From: Candidatus Aenigmatarchaeota archaeon
GTDB taxonomy: Archaea; Aenigmatarchaeota; Aenigmatarchaeia; QMZP01; QMZT01
NCBI GenBank assembly: GCA_016932735.1
Contig: JAFGCI010000001.1
Span: forward strand, 132,183-196,182
DNA: 64,000 nucleotides
Reading direction: 5' to 3'
In this document: one piece after another, positions 9,701 through 15,739 of the stretch
How positions within the stretch are numbered: the stretch's first letter is position 1
How the letters are laid out: each line of letters opens with the position of its first letter
Made by a program: the position numbers and the translations under genes
The notes under the pieces: generated by a model
Database searches by the model: none
What the model was told of the DNA's origin: nothing
Seen by the model: only the letters and a program-made list of their open reading frames with translations

Positions 9701-11168
9701 CCCAATGTGCGGATGCTCAGGCGTGAGCACTATGATAAGCAATTCAAAGCTTGTCCAGACAATCGACGGAAAGAGAGCGTCTTCTGAAATCTGCAATAAC
9801 ATTGACGATAATTGTGACGGCGGCATAGATGACGGCCTCGGAAAGTCATGCTATTGCACCGGCGGATACAACGGAACCGCGCTTGGAAGGCCCGAATTCT
9901 GCAATGCAGTTGATGACAATTGCAACGGGGTTATTGATGATATACCAAAGCCGTATGCATGTGCATGCTATAATGGCGCGCACGGGGCAGGGGAGCTCAC
10001 AGAAATATGCAACGGCATAGACGACGACTGCAACGGAATAGTCGATGAAGAATATCCGGAGAAGGGAGCTTTCTGTGGCGTAGGTATATGCACGGGGGGC
10101 ATGTACGAATGCTCCCAGGACAACCTGACGACAACCTGTTCCGGTAACAGGAGAGCGATTTCAGCCGCCCTCGAACATCCGTCATACTGCAACACATATG
10201 ACGACAACTGCAACATAGCGGTAGATGAAGGATGCGGCACGAACGCATCTGTGACTAACAGAAGCTGCGGCAGCGATATTGGTGAATGTTCTTCCGGCCT
10301 TCAGCTGCTGGTCGGGGGAAAATGGGGCCCATGTATGACAATAGGCCAGAACAGGCTCAAGGGGCCCGAAATAGAGGTTTGCGACAGCCTTGACAATGAC
10401 TGCGACGGTATAATAGACAACATAGGCGGAAAGACATCCACAGAAACAACAAGATGCGGTTGTTACGGAGGTGCCCAGCCTTCGACTGAAGAATGCAACG
10501 GCATCGACGACGACTGCGACGGGACTATTGACAACATCGGCGGAAAGACGTCTGTTGAATCCACTAAATGCGGCTGTTATGATGATGAATACGGAAGAGG
10601 AGCCAGCATTGAAAGATGCAACGGAATAGACGACGACTGCGACGGTATAGTCGATAATGTCAAGGAAGAAGAGTCTGTTGAAGCCACGAAGTGTGGATGC
10701 TACGGAGGACTTGTCCCGACGGCCGAAAGATGCAACGGCATTGATGACAACTGTGATGAGCGCATAGACGAGGATTTCGTTGAACTGGGAAAAGAATGCG
10801 GTATCGGTTACTGTTCAGGCGTATACATATGCAGCCAGGACGGTCTGCAGTCCGTGTGTAACGGCAACACTCCCACAACAGAAATATGCGATTCGATAGA
10901 CAACGACTGCGACGGCAAGATAGATGAGGGCTGTTACGGCAGTGAGCTAACGAGCTGCGAAAACGGAATCAGGGACGGTCGTGAAGAGGGCATAGACTGC
11001 GGCGGTCCATGTCCGGATGAATGCATGGGAACGCACGGACCTTCTGTCGATGACCTCAATACAAAGAAAGAAAACATAAAAAGCACATGGTTCACTATAT
11101 TCCTTGTAATGGTTGTTCTTATTATAGGCATAGGCATCGTCCTGCAATTCGGCCTGAAAACCAAGTAA
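714..11168 (+). CDS. Giant 3,484-aa secreted and anchored surface protein. It has an N-terminal signal peptide, Cys-rich modules, tandem Ig-like domains, a LamG/ConA-like lectin domain, about 27 MopE-like/TSP3-like Cys-Asp repeats of the form CNGIDDDCDGxIDE, and a C-terminal TM anchor.
   Basis: A single uninterrupted 10.4 kb ORF. The N-terminus is MAGDRFLYRKNILLLTTLVAFALSFAFMAQA, a signal-peptide-like segment. The C-terminus is WFTIFLVMVVLIIGIGIVLQFGLKTK, a TM helix followed by a basic tail. Repeats such as CNGIDDDCDGIVDE and CDSIDNDCDGKIDEGC recur about 27 times. A LamG motif region reads GTVEMWIKTSSSSGTLFHL...YAGLIDELRISKTKLSDGE. Ig-like segments read KPPTITILNESGSTINDNTATIKGTAYD...TYTVSATATDLGRNTNSVSITITV. 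Confidence 0.9.
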   Translation: MAGDRFLYRKNILLLTTLVAFALSFAFMAQAFDLEGAYFITAEQPKNSDGLGFFRIGTPLDADVNISFSYPIPLSPGEADLTAVVYKPTNIFTNMELPCSLNSQTGYYPVNVQHRYYVPQDVWYQYYRAGGRFNYQSSACINGLVHVFTEPFEMNTISLGDIIKAGDINGNQIVSGNPPTYDFKEYFFDFTLNLTYDNVSEEGIDFKYNYTRDIEKTEMSNTDDLEVALPTGDNKYHFEDYDNYVEYRNLLAPPKIVYHDTDDGDSNEVFDSEIYVYSETVKAVTFYVRGYNDDSTIDDKAAINIYQAGNPTALSSSGWKEHSPFYHSFTFLPGIEYRVQFRLKNRADHDNEHAHFEVQISSPSITNHNQIWSVINSGIFNVDINQEFWKITQRQGIFDANNNQRLDNYCSGPQDFYVKAATGIKSESCDGTDVVITATNQAGDSDDKVAHIANGGFLFFKQDDMNDTSYHFETVVRTGKALEIEFAVMVNYGVSVYVDGDLSKGFRIGCPSAEDCANQNYYTPSEKLNIPAGYHKIDIYLFCKDGQKCFLEMKAIEKNGNAPEIFFKDNFDEIGKPVDSNLEKNPIEANSGQAVTFSTEDGLVDVERKEPVYFESGLYKDLEPVKADNVDEADDRIQLSMRLACGEQIYQPCRDFGKWGACTTDNNGWIRNRILHENYADYELVEDDNGDYTIAKFTIEPFDHHSLDYTNNANAPNQPGQHNRTAYGGEYIGGIYECKMNWPNYETECPDPTYQYSFSGFECCYQKYTEADNKPTGPVWWSGISKDPDTGEQVGTIHIRDFKESTQTSGEAVIYIVNYLPYGGYTSKLDAEYMNFSMFDERPKLCAYVTKKVSLPHEYLITFNNTHTCNKVSATGDCCYCDPNSVCTLNCKNREDITDMYYATSLITANSLRASSFNLPFTTMGSGWYLENINVSVIVDSDTGSNVSVSVENTSATRWKTTAEMKEGSQRLLQEGNYTVSVNLHHDFGFNVSDDNPGTYYVNFTLDYINFSKRTYSDAEFDFGSNEMGNSSWEIYLNQYNQDDYPSSVRDQYVSYSPLKPQEIDVKKISFSGESGSIVDYGKRISFRAPPKNQYECETAAEFAAYCTTCSGTSTRGHWDGTKCVCSYPSESEKGICFEVDVQAGCNSNCCVCPESFNNPVIYWNRNVCQCTESRADNKPPTITILNESGSTINDNTATIKGTAYDLGGLADIRISIESTEQRQIATLNDLEEGEYEWEAELSFSYPATYTVSATATDLGRNTNSVSITITVSDTAFPPTITINAPEEGHEFFTTTTKVNLEISTNRDALCRYSTSDLGYDEMEPTQNFTEENPTTNFKAEVPVYSNQRYTYYFACTDGTKSHTSADNSQVSFDVLGVGGREPIDLECSEEIVDESTCTVDKCNCGPDGGIPIWNAHRGCICTKWDNVCRDVTDCKEDRNGGPNQYRYCDTEYNMCYDNEYTSSNLKLAGGTEPRNNINFTASECTVIGSETRFIYDWKSHPGTYDDFGACASDGTCPDGGICAFVNEIESRCILPRGGCSLGLQVCGPGYRWLYAESEEEPVYNKPETCNRIDDDCNGWIDDTVNFTTMFKISLELAGSGIGRSPQEITQCQCFNGLPPEEEVCDSIDNDCDGIIDNDVKYVLRNNCTEEVLTIIDIGNPPTGYSLYDFAYNKYYSDECTITNETIRETQNLTVNPCTDEVYECMQLGKYHTEIIYNNDTDEYEFPYRFEDCTTQLCLDGCIEHGYSSVPNDTAQLECETYFGSASECCYKMGYNTNPPIPDNALQNTYEYCAEKYYNPYTCIPLEEEMYYVPGELCNCEFTGTMYDSGGITQEYLDFIKKVDSNNESYCSSYTPFSTECCNGIDDNCDALLDNTEYPELCACYGIDNTTIRDETWTINDMNCTGRDENCDGTINENALFCNCTQTLNLPNATTIKEALISDESCNGIDDNCNNEYDEDFPVNTSCGGTNVSRCYGGVYVCNATGYNAVCNTTADISEINTDEGFFGTATGADLRIPEVCSGEDSDCNGTVDDTAHPELCNCYNYENLWEIQDIWENNTDDNCNGIDDNCNMRIDDESFSCACTNKTESEVVQIKTVNETCDGIDNNCNGFADETYSDIGKMCGFGACANGVMVCDVYGMRTVCNTTVDAADTYSGIAQSFISDEVCDLVGDEDCDGSIDEGCACTPQGIKKICGYASELVYNNRQHIDSICNEIRSQLRNMVSKSSSPGDMKYRRTIKIKNSNSYVVKDYPVRVDLSVIGSTKIRSDFGDVRVQDASGNELPWRRDGGSIVFKSSLLSAGNNKYTLYYGSPVRTYSEKSMTEIYGLERYQETFLMCDFNYNTQCNKGNMVPRASDVSVFSIGRYEAAMLFNSTNHTLRYASSANINLNRGTVEMWIKTSSSSGTLFHLPAAAGSIKLEINAGAASLARDSSVIASGGSVSDDQWHHIVVGWDNLIGMSLYVDGNKVGGSVVAWTPNNMGTDIFIGSEQGAANYYAGLIDELRISKTKLSDGEVKADARLLGGSISPSLANEEDMGSVGGGSGQLTDSELYYECLERLENAAGAPENSDNENSILSLCSSMITCNSDFSIDSASVCRVGVQSCSSSGWSDCSGNVVPQTEVCNRRDDDCNGLTDDFLYAQDTCACYNGNPPNGPEECNGVDDDCNAQVDDGFGGRCACSSGQRAQGDEPRICNGIDDNCNGIIDENVSNCACADATFAEINQRVGTERCNGIDDDCDGEIDEDFANVGNTCGGDQNSACYGGYYICKADGTGTVCSTTTDGVQLLGNLTSIDLRTDETCNGIDDDCDGERDENIPRCACADGAQNTGGYEPQVCNGIDDNCNGLIDEGVLKCPCADKTLEDVESFITPDLTCDDIDNDCNGIVDDQYPQLGEVCGGNPRSACYGGKYVCSIDEVSVVCNTMTPPENSFTGKTIDRRSEESCNGIDDDCNDVIDDLAGSNSNRYCACYNGMRLPGELVERCNGIDEDCDGVIDNNVPMCGCSGVSTMISNSKLVQTIDGKRASSEICNNIDDNCDGGIDDGLGKSCYCTGGYNGTALGRPEFCNAVDDNCNGVIDDIPKPYACACYNGAHGAGELTEICNGIDDDCNGIVDEEYPEKGAFCGVGICTGGMYECSQDNLTTTCSGNRRAISAALEHPSYCNTYDDNCNIAVDEGCGTNASVTNRSCGSDIGECSSGLQLLVGGKWGPCMTIGQNRLKGPEIEVCDSLDNDCDGIIDNIGGKTSTETTRCGCYGGAQPSTEECNGIDDDCDGTIDNIGGKTSVESTKCGCYDDEYGRGASIERCNGIDDDCDGIVDNVKEEESVEATKCGCYGGLVPTAERCNGIDDNCDERIDEDFVELGKECGIGYCSGVYICSQDGLQSVCNGNTPTTEICDSIDNDCDGKIDEGCYGSELTSCENGIRDGREEGIDCGGPCPDECMGTHGPSVDDLNTKKENIKSTWFTIFLVMVVLIIGIGIVLQFGLKTK
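5421..7270 (+). repeat. Block 1 of in-frame tandem Cys/Asp-rich repeats (about 9 copies, C-x-G/R-I-D-D/N-D-C-D/N-G) inside the giant CDS. The repeats are also visible at the DNA level, e.g. tgcaacggaatagacgacaactgcaa.
   Basis: Recurrent translated motifs: CNRIDDDCNG, CDSIDNDCDG, CNGIDDNCDA, CTGRDENCDG, CNGIDDNCNN, CSGEDSDCNG, CNGIDDNCN, CDGIDNNCNG, CDLVGDEDCDG. Confidence 0.8.
8580..10935 (+). repeat. Block 2 of tandem Cys/Asp-rich repeats (about 18 copies). Many copies are near-identical at the nucleotide level, e.g. tgcaacggaatagacgacgactgcgacgg.
   Basis: Motifs from CNRRDDDCNG, CNGVDDDCNA and CNGIDDNCNG through CDSIDNDCDGKIDEGC. The spacing between Cys pairs is regular, and an Asp/Glu-rich loop of the form DxDxDGxIDE resembles Ca-binding loops. 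Confidence 0.8.
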
Positions 11169-11181
11169 TATTTAAATATAA

Positions 11182-11215
11182 TTCCTGACATAAACCTTTA
11201 TAAAACGTCAGGAAA
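11182..11215 (+). terminator. Hairpin immediately downstream of the giant CDS, a candidate terminator or processing structure.
   Basis: ttcctgac (11182..11189) and gtcaggaa (11208..11215) form a perfect 8 bp inverted repeat around a 17 nt AT-rich loop. The element begins 14 nt after the stop codon. Confidence 0.25.
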
Positions 11216-11359
11216 ATCTAGTGAAAGGCATCATTCCGGATATTTATGCCTTCCACTATAATTGATATTTATTTATGGTTAACAGTACAAATATAGTAGA
11301 AAGTCCTGTATTCGGGACATTCAGCAAGAATATAGGATTCGGTATAAAGGGGTGGATTT

Positions 11360-11551
11360 ATGATTATACCCGTCAGATGCATGACCTGCGGAAAGGTCAT
11401 CGGGCAGGAATGGGAAACCTTCAGGGAAAAGATAAAGAAAGGTGAAAACCCGAAGAAAGCATTGGATGAAGCAGGATTGGAGAGATATTGCTGCAGAGCC
11501 GTGTTTATAGGCCACAAGGACCTTATTCAGGGCATGAATAGATTTATATAA
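11360..11551 (+). CDS. rpoN: DNA-directed RNA polymerase subunit N (RpoN/Rpb10).
   Basis: 63 aa. MIIPVRCMTCGKVIGQEWETF...LERYCCRAVFIGH matches the RpoN/Rpb10 zinc-binding CxxC...CC signature and length. Confidence 0.85.
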   Translation: MIIPVRCMTCGKVIGQEWETFREKIKKGENPKKALDEAGLERYCCRAVFIGHKDLIQGMNRFI

Positions 11552-11576
11552 AATATTCTCATAAGGTGCCAATATT

Positions 11577-11732
11577 ATGAATATAAAGAAATATCTGAGA
11601 GTTCTTCAGGTCGCAAGAAAACCCAGCAAAGAGGAATTTATGGCTTCTTCCAAGATATGCGTGCTTGGAATAGTTATTATAGGTATCATAGGATTCTTGA
11701 TATTCCTCGCAGGCGTATTAACAGGAATTTGA
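11577..11732 (+). CDS. secE: Protein translocase subunit SecE / Sec61-gamma. At 51 aa it is below the ORF-track length cutoff.
   Basis: Hand translation gives MNIKKYLRVLQVARKPSKEEFMASSKICVLGIVIIGIIGFLIFLAGVLTGI*. This is the archaeal SecE pattern: a K/R-rich N-terminal segment followed by a single TM helix. It sits directly upstream of spt5, which is the conserved gene order. Confidence 0.7.
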   Translation: MNIKKYLRVLQVARKPSKEEFMASSKICVLGIVIIGIIGFLIFLAGVLTGI

Positions 11733-11741
11733 TGTGAGATT

Positions 11742-12191
11742 ATGATTTATGCTGTCAGAACAACTTCAGGAAGGGAAAACATAGTTATAGACCTTCTCGA
11801 GGATTCCATAAAGGCCAGAGGATACAACATAAATGCTGTTGTCCACCCGGCAGAAATCAAGGGCTACATATTTATAGAAGGCAACGTCGCCGACATACAC
11901 AAGGCCGTTCATGGCGTCATGCATATCAAGGGCGTTATAGAGAAGCCCATATCAATAGGCGAGGTTGAAAGATTCCTTGTGACAAAGAAGAAGGAACTTA
12001 ACATAGGAATGGAAGACATCGTCGAGATAATAGGCGGACCTTTCAGCGGCGAGAAAGGAAAGGTAAAAAGAATAGATGTTGTGAAGGAAGAAATCACAAT
12101 AGAGCTTCTTGAAGCCGCAATACCGATTCCTGTTACGATTTCAATAGAACTTATAAAACTTATTAAGAAGAATGAGGGTAACCAAGAGTGA
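11742..12191 (+). CDS. spt5: Transcription elongation factor Spt5 (archaeal NusG homolog; NGN and KOW domains).
   Basis: 149 aa. MIYAVRTTSGRE... is an NGN-domain start. The C-terminal KOW-like segment reads IGMEDIVEIIGGPFSGEKGKVKRID. It lies between secE and L11, which is the universally conserved position. Confidence 0.85.
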   Translation: MIYAVRTTSGRENIVIDLLEDSIKARGYNINAVVHPAEIKGYIFIEGNVADIHKAVHGVMHIKGVIEKPISIGEVERFLVTKKKELNIGMEDIVEIIGGPFSGEKGKVKRIDVVKEEITIELLEAAIPIPVTISIELIKLIKKNEGNQE

Positions 12192-12766
12192 TTTTTATGG
12201 GTAAAGAGACTATAGAACTGTTAGTTGAAGGTGGCAAGGCCACCGCAGCGCCCCCGTTAGGACCATCGCTGGCGCCATTAAAAGTGAATGTGGGTCTCGT
12301 GGTTGCGGAGATAAACAAAAAGACAGCAGAGATGGCCGGGATGAAGGTTCCCGTCAAGGTTACAGTCGATAAGGATACTAAAACATTTGAAATATCCGTC
12401 GGCACACCGCCCGTTTCAGCCCTCATCAAGAAGGAACTGAAGCTCGAAAAAGGCTCTTCGGAGGCCGGAGTCGCAAGAGTCGGCGACCTTTCAGAAGAGC
12501 AGGTAAGAAGGATAGCAAAAATAAAATTCGGTTCGGATGATAAGAGATTCACTGAAATGATAAAGGGAACGGCAAGAAGCATGGGCGTGACAGTGGGTGT
12601 CGGCCAGGTCACAGCTGAAGAAAAGGCAAAAGAGAAAGCCCACAAGCAGGAACTTAAGGACGGCGATAAAACAAAGGAAGAACCCAAAGCAGAAGAGGCA
12701 GCAAAAGAACCTGCTGCTAAAGATAAAGAAAAATCCAAAGAGAAACCCAAAGAGAAAAAGAAATAA
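12188..12766 (+). CDS. rpl11: 50S ribosomal protein L11 (uL11) with a Lys/Glu-rich C-terminal extension.
   Basis: The LVEGGKATAAPPLGPSLAPLKVNV motif is diagnostic of uL11. The C-terminus is KEKAKEKAHKQELKDGDKTKEEPKAEEAAKEPAAKDKEKSKEKPKEKKK. Confidence 0.9.
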   Translation: MIFMGKETIELLVEGGKATAAPPLGPSLAPLKVNVGLVVAEINKKTAEMAGMKVPVKVTVDKDTKTFEISVGTPPVSALIKKELKLEKGSSEAGVARVGDLSEEQVRRIAKIKFGSDDKRFTEMIKGTARSMGVTVGVGQVTAEEKAKEKAHKQELKDGDKTKEEPKAEEAAKEPAAKDKEKSKEKPKEKKK

Positions 12767-12779
12767 TATATGTGATGTT

Positions 12780-13580
12780 ATGACTGTTATAAAATTACTG
12801 AATAAGCCGAAGCTTGTCAATCCGATATTCATTGAAGGCCTTCCAGGAGTAGGAAACATCGGCCGGGTTTCTGCGGGTTATCTTGTTGAAGAGCTGGGCG
12901 GAAAAAAATTCGCTGAGCTTTATTCGGAATGGTTCTTTCCGTTCGTAATGCTTCATGACGATCACAGAATACATTTACTGAAGAATGAGTTCTATTATGT
13001 AAAAAAAGGGTCACACTGCAACAGGGACATGATAATACTTACAGGCGACTGCCAGTCATTGTCGCCTCAGGGACATTATGATGTAAGCACGAAAATACTG
13101 GAATTTGTGAAGAAATTCGGAACTAAAGAGATAATAACCATAGGCGGTCTGGCCACAGGCGAGCTCGATGACAAGGAGCAGAAGGTTGTCGGGGCGGTCA
13201 CTCATGATGAACTTCTTAAGAAATACAAAGACAAGAAACTTGATTTCAATGCAGGAAAAAAAGTTGGATATATAGTCGGTGCAACCGGCCTTCTGCTTGG
13301 AATAGGCGCTGAAATGGATATGAAGGGCGTCTGCCTTCTCGGGCAGACTGCCGGATACCCGATAATAACGGACCCAAAAGCAGCTGAGGAAGTCCTTATT
13401 GTTCTTTCAGACCTTATCGACATGAAAATGGACATGAGCAAAATCGGTAAGAGGGTCACTGAAATGGAAGAGTTCATAAAGAAAGTCGAGGCTCTCCAGA
13501 AGAAAGCCCTTGCTGAAATAACAAAGCAGAGCAAGTCCGGAGGCGCAACCAAAGAGGACGAGACCAGATATATAGGGTGA
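12780..13580 (+). CDS. PAC2-family protein (proteasome assembly chaperone-like).
   Basis: An in-frame ATG at 12780 gives [40 protein letters not shown], which is the characteristic PAC2 family N-terminus. The longer ORF-track start at 12597 overlaps L11 in another frame and is low-complexity. Confidence 0.6.
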   Translation: MTVIKLLNKPKLVNPIFIEGLPGVGNIGRVSAGYLVEELGGKKFAELYSEWFFPFVMLHDDHRIHLLKNEFYYVKKGSHCNRDMIILTGDCQSLSPQGHYDVSTKILEFVKKFGTKEIITIGGLATGELDDKEQKVVGAVTHDELLKKYKDKKLDFNAGKKVGYIVGATGLLLGIGAEMDMKGVCLLGQTAGYPIITDPKAAEEVLIVLSDLIDMKMDMSKIGKRVTEMEEFIKKVEALQKKALAEITKQSKSGGATKEDETRYIG

Positions 13581-13587
13581 AATTATT

Positions 13588-13767
13588 ATGAATAAGAAAT
13601 ATACAAGATACGAGAAGACAAGGATTCTTGCTGCAAGGTCCCTCCAGATATCGCAGGGAGCTCCAGTGCTTGTAAAAATACCGGCGGGAACTACAGATCC
13701 CCTGAGGATAGCAGAGATTGAATGGGAGAAGGGAGTAATACCGATAGATGTCAAAAGAATAAATTAA
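13588..13767 (+). CDS. rpoK: DNA-directed RNA polymerase subunit K (RpoK/Rpb6). At 59 aa it is below the ORF-track cutoff.
   Basis: Hand translation gives [59 protein letters not shown]. The TRYEKARILAARALQIS...DPL..A..E motif is the Rpb6/RpoK signature. It sits immediately upstream of an enolase-like gene, which is the conserved archaeal rpoK-eno linkage. Confidence 0.75.
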   Translation: MNKKYTRYEKTRILAARSLQISQGAPVLVKIPAGTTDPLRIAEIEWEKGVIPIDVKRIN

Positions 13768-13813
13768 TAACCTCTCTTCTTAATATTTAACCAGTTTTTC
13801 CCAATATATTATC

Positions 13814-14923
13814 ATGATTAAAGACATCAGGATATACCCATGGAAGACATATTCTGACACAAGTTATGTTCTCACCAAGATATCCACCCCCGATTCTTCT
13901 TATTCAACGATAACAGCCCTTTCAGATGAATTTATAAAATCAAAGAAAAGGCTTTCATCCTTAAGGAAAAATCTGGCGGCAATGGACGAGGATTATTGGG
14001 AATCAGCCGACGAAATGCTTGAGGAAATCAACGTGAAATCCGATTCTGACCCCGGCCTCCTGCTCGGAACATCACTATCGATGTGCAAGGCTGCCACCAA
14101 GGGAGATCTCTGGATGATTGACGAAGTTAAGCAGAATATGATATTCCCGAGGGTATGGCTATCCGTTATAAGGGGACGTGTTTCCGGAAGTGGTTCCGAC
14201 TGGAGGGATTTCATGATTCTGCCGGAAAAGGTAAAGGATACTTTGGACATGCAGGACAGGTTAATTGGGTCATGGAGCGAAATAGGCGAAGAGCTTAACA
14301 GGAAGAAGACTCTAGCGGGAAAAGACATTGAGAACAGGTGGATATCCTCAATGAACACAGAGCAGACGCTTGAATTATTATCCGGAATATGTGCGGAAAT
14401 GAATCTCAGCCTCGGGATAGACTGCGGTTCCTGGAGGCCTTCAAAAAACAACATATATGACTACAGGAACGAAAAGAAGAAGCTTACTGAAGAGAAACAC
14501 AAAGATTTTCTGAAAGAGATGTGCAATAAATATGCAATAAAATATCTGGAGGATCCATTTGTTCCGGGTTCGTATGACCTGTTAGAGGAACTGAAAACAG
14601 GGCTTAAGGCAGAGATATCAATTGATGTGCGCAATGAGAACTCCTTCCAGAAAGTGCTTGAGAATAAGAATGTAACCATATTAGACAATTCCCCTGATTT
14701 GTTCTTCAATTTTTCCGGAATTAAAAAATACGTTAAATTCATTTCAGAAAAGGGAAAGAATGCAGTCTTTTCTGCTCCTGAATATGCTATTCAGGATCCT
14801 TGGGTAGCCGATTTATGCATAGCACTGAAGGTTCCGTTCATAAAAGCAGACCCTTCAACCGGGAAAGGCGTCCTCAACCGCCTGAGCGAGCTTTGGCATG
14901 ACGTCCCTAATGAAGTCATCTGA
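13814..14923 (+). CDS. Enolase-like protein, divergent and probably non-catalytic, with a TIM-barrel C-terminal domain.
   Basis: 369 aa. YLEDPFVPGSYD aligns to the enolase SIEDPFDEDDW metal-ligand region. AVFSAPEYAIQDPWVADLCIALKVPFIKADPS aligns to enolase [33 protein letters not shown], but the catalytic His, Arg and Glu of the SHRSGETED motif are replaced, and the KxNQIG lysine is not conserved. Confidence 0.6.
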   Translation: MIKDIRIYPWKTYSDTSYVLTKISTPDSSYSTITALSDEFIKSKKRLSSLRKNLAAMDEDYWESADEMLEEINVKSDSDPGLLLGTSLSMCKAATKGDLWMIDEVKQNMIFPRVWLSVIRGRVSGSGSDWRDFMILPEKVKDTLDMQDRLIGSWSEIGEELNRKKTLAGKDIENRWISSMNTEQTLELLSGICAEMNLSLGIDCGSWRPSKNNIYDYRNEKKKLTEEKHKDFLKEMCNKYAIKYLEDPFVPGSYDLLEELKTGLKAEISIDVRNENSFQKVLENKNVTILDNSPDLFFNFSGIKKYVKFISEKGKNAVFSAPEYAIQDPWVADLCIALKVPFIKADPSTGKGVLNRLSELWHDVPNEVI

Positions 14924-15180
14924 TTCTTCCTTTTCTGTCGGACATTTTCTGTATCTTATTCCTTCAATAAGAGGTTCATTATTATGATATTTTCTGAAAC
15001 AGGTTTCTGATAAAACAGTATGCGTACATTCTAAATCATAAAGATTTTTAAGTCTTCTTGCAGTCTTTGGAGAGTATATCTGTCCGTGACATATCATAGA
15101 ACCGCAGTAACACGTTGAACATAGCTCTGCCATTAGTAATCACTCAGAAGTACTTATTTTTAATTCATTTAAATGTATGC

Positions 15181-15699
15181 TTATAAAAACAGTTTTTCAT
15201 AGCATAATTTCCTTAATTCCGGCTCTATATCAGAGTATGATTTTCCGCAAAGCATTCCGCCTGCGAGGAATTCTTCTTGTGTTACTTCAACGATGCAGAA
15301 ATCTGGCATCTCGAAAGAATTTTTATCTTCTTTGGTTTCGAACTCAAAATCAGCGACTATAAGGCCCTTTAGCGCGTCCTGATAGACATCTATCTGGGAT
15401 TCGATTCCGTTAAAATCATAGTAATATCTTATTTTCCTGAAGCTTTTGCCTTCAAGCTTCATCAATTCATCATATTCTTCTTTAGAAAGGACGATCGTCT
15501 GCTCTTTCTGGCAGGATATGTCGTTCTCGTCCACCGGGCATTTCTTTGTCATCTCTAAAACTTCCCCATTCTTCCTTATCCGAAGAACAGGATGGCGGCT
15601 TCCTTTCGGAATGAAAAGGTCTATTATTTCCCCTGATTTGCATTCTCTGAGGTCGTCCGGTATGTATTTCAGAAGAAAAGTCCGTTCCAGTTCTATCAT
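15181..15699 (-). CDS. CYTH-domain protein (triphosphate tunnel metalloenzyme family).
   Basis: 172 aa. The N-terminus MIELERTFLLKY matches the CYTH ExExK-type opening motif (E-x-E-R-K/T-F-L). The size is typical for the family. Confidence 0.6.
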   Translation of the reverse strand: MIELERTFLLKYIPDDLRECKSGEIIDLFIPKGSRHPVLRIRKNGEVLEMTKKCPVDENDISCQKEQTIVLSKEEYDELMKLEGKSFRKIRYYYDFNGIESQIDVYQDALKGLIVADFEFETKEDKNSFEMPDFCIVEVTQEEFLAGGMLCGKSYSDIEPELRKLCYEKLFL

Positions 15700-15739
15700 T
15701 AGAAATAATTGGAATTAGGAATATAAGAAAAAGAAGAAA

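Noticed and set aside
1020-11191. Dozens of minus-strand ORFs of 60 to 371 aa inside the giant adhesin gene (for example 4806..5921 at 371 aa and 2631..3107).
   Set aside because: They lie antisense to a long GC-rich repetitive coding region, and their translations are Arg/Ser/Cys-rich low-complexity without motifs. This is the expected artefact of GAC/TGC-rich repeats and not evidence of genes.
12597-12779. Long N-terminal extension of the PAC2 ORF (K/R/Q-rich) overlapping the L11 3' end.
   Set aside because: It is in a different frame from L11 over the same Lys-codon-rich DNA, so it is a frame-shadow. The family-typical N-terminus begins at the in-frame ATG at 12780.
14855-15133. 92-aa minus-strand ORF with several Cys residues (CSTCYCGSMICHG...), overlapping the enolase-like gene by 69 nt.
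   Set aside because: It has no clear zinc-ribbon spacing, its only start would force a 23-codon convergent overlap, and its C-terminal third is antisense to a coding region. It could be a small Cys-rich protein, but the evidence is insufficient.
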